NCBI RefSeq assembly: GCF_016433145.1
Contig: NC_058131.1
Coordinates: 650,621,862-650,685,861 of the forward strand
From: Gracilinanus agilis
Lineage: Eukaryota
Length of the DNA: 64,000 nt
Reading direction: 5' to 3'
The stretch's first letter is position 1. Each line of letters opens with the position of its first letter. Under the pieces are notes generated by a model. The model saw nothing but the letters and a program-made list of their open reading frames with translations, did no database searches and was not told the origin of the DNA. The position numbers were made by a program, and so were the translations under genes. Below are positions 62,640-64,000 of the stretch, one piece after another.

Positions 62640-62979
62640 CCTAATGTGGTTCTTTCTCAATGTGGTTCTTTCTTCACTGTCATCCAGGATTTAGGATGAA
62701 AGAAATGCTCTCTGCCTACCACTTTGAGAGCTGATGATCCTATCCCAAGCAGTTCCACATTCCCTAGTGCAGTCACATGGCTATCTCTTGGGATTGTATA
62801 AACATCCTCCCAGGTTAAAGATTAAATACCTTGTGACTTTAGATCAAGAGACTCTACCCCCACCCATCAGTTTCTTGTAGAGAGTGAGCTGTGTGGTTCA
62901 TCAGCTATAGGCTTGAAGGAAAGGAAGAAAGAAGAGGAATTGTGATTCATAATAGAAGCCTGTACACAAACAAGGAATC
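62640..62979 (+). promoter_or_regulatory. ABCC2: ABCC2 proximal promoter and 5'UTR
   Basis: E-box gtCACATG 62772-62779, HNF1-like GTTAAAGATTAAA 62814-62826, and ..aggaatcATG context resembling the human ABCC2 start. Confidence 0.7.
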
Positions 62980-63012
62980 ATGTTGGAAGAATTCTGCAAT
63001 TCTACCTTCTGG
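62980..63012 (+). CDS. ABCC2: ABCC2 (MRP2) coding exon 1
   Basis: ATG TTG GAA GAA TTC TGC AAT TCT ACC TTC TGG|GTAAGC = MLEEFCNSTFW (human MLEKFCNSTFW); conserved synteny downstream of CUTC. Confidence 0.93.
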
Positions 63013-63289
63013 GTAAGCACTTCATATTTTTAGTGCTGTTGAAGACCCTCAGGACAGGTGGTTAATTAACCCAAGACGGTCCTCAGAAGAACTAGAGAAG
63101 GTAGCCTTTTGTTTGGTGTGGAGATTGTTCCTTGGAGTCAAAGCAATGAATCTCCAAAATGTTACAGATGGAATGAAGATAGTTAACTGGAAAATCCTCT
63201 AACACCCATTTATTTTAGCATGGATTACTTTACTAGCTTGGAATCATAGATTCTTGATAGGTACCTTAGAGGTCATTGAGTTTAATGAG

Positions 63290-64000
63290 ATTTTGATAAG
63301 AATAGGAACTGGCTTTTGGGAAGTAAAGAGAGGGAATTTTATTTTAGACATGTTCAGATTGGAGGGTAAGTGACACTGTCCAAGTAGAAAGATTCAGTTA
63401 TTAGTTGAAGGAGTGGGACTGGGACACTAGAGGAAAGACAGGAGTGGAGAGCTAGATTTTGGAAAAACTATATCAAGATGATGATCATTGAGCTATGAAA
63501 GACAGTGAATTCTCCTGGGAAGAAAGAGTAGAGAGAAAGGAACAGAGAAGGTGAGATCAAAATCTTGGATTTTAAAGGGCACAAGGAGGGAGAGCACATA
63601 GAAAGGTCAAAGAATTAGGAAATAAACTAGAATAATATAGAAGTGGGGAAATTTTAAGGAGAGGTTGTTTGTTACTGTTATCAAAAGCTACAGGCAGTTC
63701 TGGAATGATTGTGACTAACAGCAAGGAGTATAGAGCTATCCCTAGGGCTAAACGCCTTTTCTCAGGTGTTTTATTTTTGATTCAAGTAAGCAGATAGCCT
63801 GACTACTTGTTTAGAAGTCAGTGAAAAGAAAAAGAGAAATAGAAGGATACTTTGATGGGCTAGCAGTCAAATTCAATAATTTTTCAGAAAGAGGTCATCT
63901 GTATGTTTAAAGACTGAGAGGAGGGAGCCAGTAGACCGGATGATATGGAAACCATTAGAGATAGGGGATAATTGATAATTGATAAAGGAGGCTGAAGGAC
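63290..64000 (-). mobile_element. L2 remnant in ABCC2 intron 1
   Basis: ttttagacatgttcagattggaggg..ggagctagattttgg..gagggagccagtaga decayed L2-type text. Confidence 0.5.

Noticed and set aside
63060-63071. Palindrome GGTTAATTAACC in ABCC2 intron 1 as an HNF1 site
   Set aside because: It lacks the spacing of the 13-bp HNF1 consensus, and short AT palindromes occur by chance.

Overview
This is eukaryotic DNA from a didelphid marsupial, most likely Monodelphis, judged from SINE1_Mdo-type and MAR1-type SINEs and CpG-poor, AT-rich composition. It is the COX15-CUTC-ABCC2 syntenic block. COX15 (minus strand) has coding exons 1-8 in the window, and its last exon lies before position 1. CUTC (plus strand) is complete: 9 exons, 272 aa. 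It sits head-to-head with COX15, with only 352 bp between the ATGs in a CpG island. The promoter and first coding exon of ABCC2/MRP2 (MLEEFCNSTFW) are at ~62.7-63.0 kb. Most of the rest is transposable-element fossil: SINEs, L1, L2, CR1/L3, solo LTRs, hAT MITEs with perfect 8-bp TSDs, and a decayed 7SL copy. The most unusual structure is an 8.8-kb insert (45753-54541) carrying a 5'-truncated class I ERV (gag NC knuckle-pro-RT-RH-IN, no recognisable env, no 5' LTR). It is flanked by a 69-bp direct repeat rather than a 4-6-bp integrase TSD. It has an apparent ~350-codon Gag extension after the zinc knuckle, a charged integrase tail, and nested younger insertions. A second notable feature is an intragenic CpG island with promoter motifs over CUTC exon 8. 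No prokaryotic systems, CRISPR arrays or functional RNA genes were found, and I cannot claim a new biological system beyond these candidates. Repeat family names and human comparisons are from recall, not from database searches. Repeat boundaries without TSDs are approximate.
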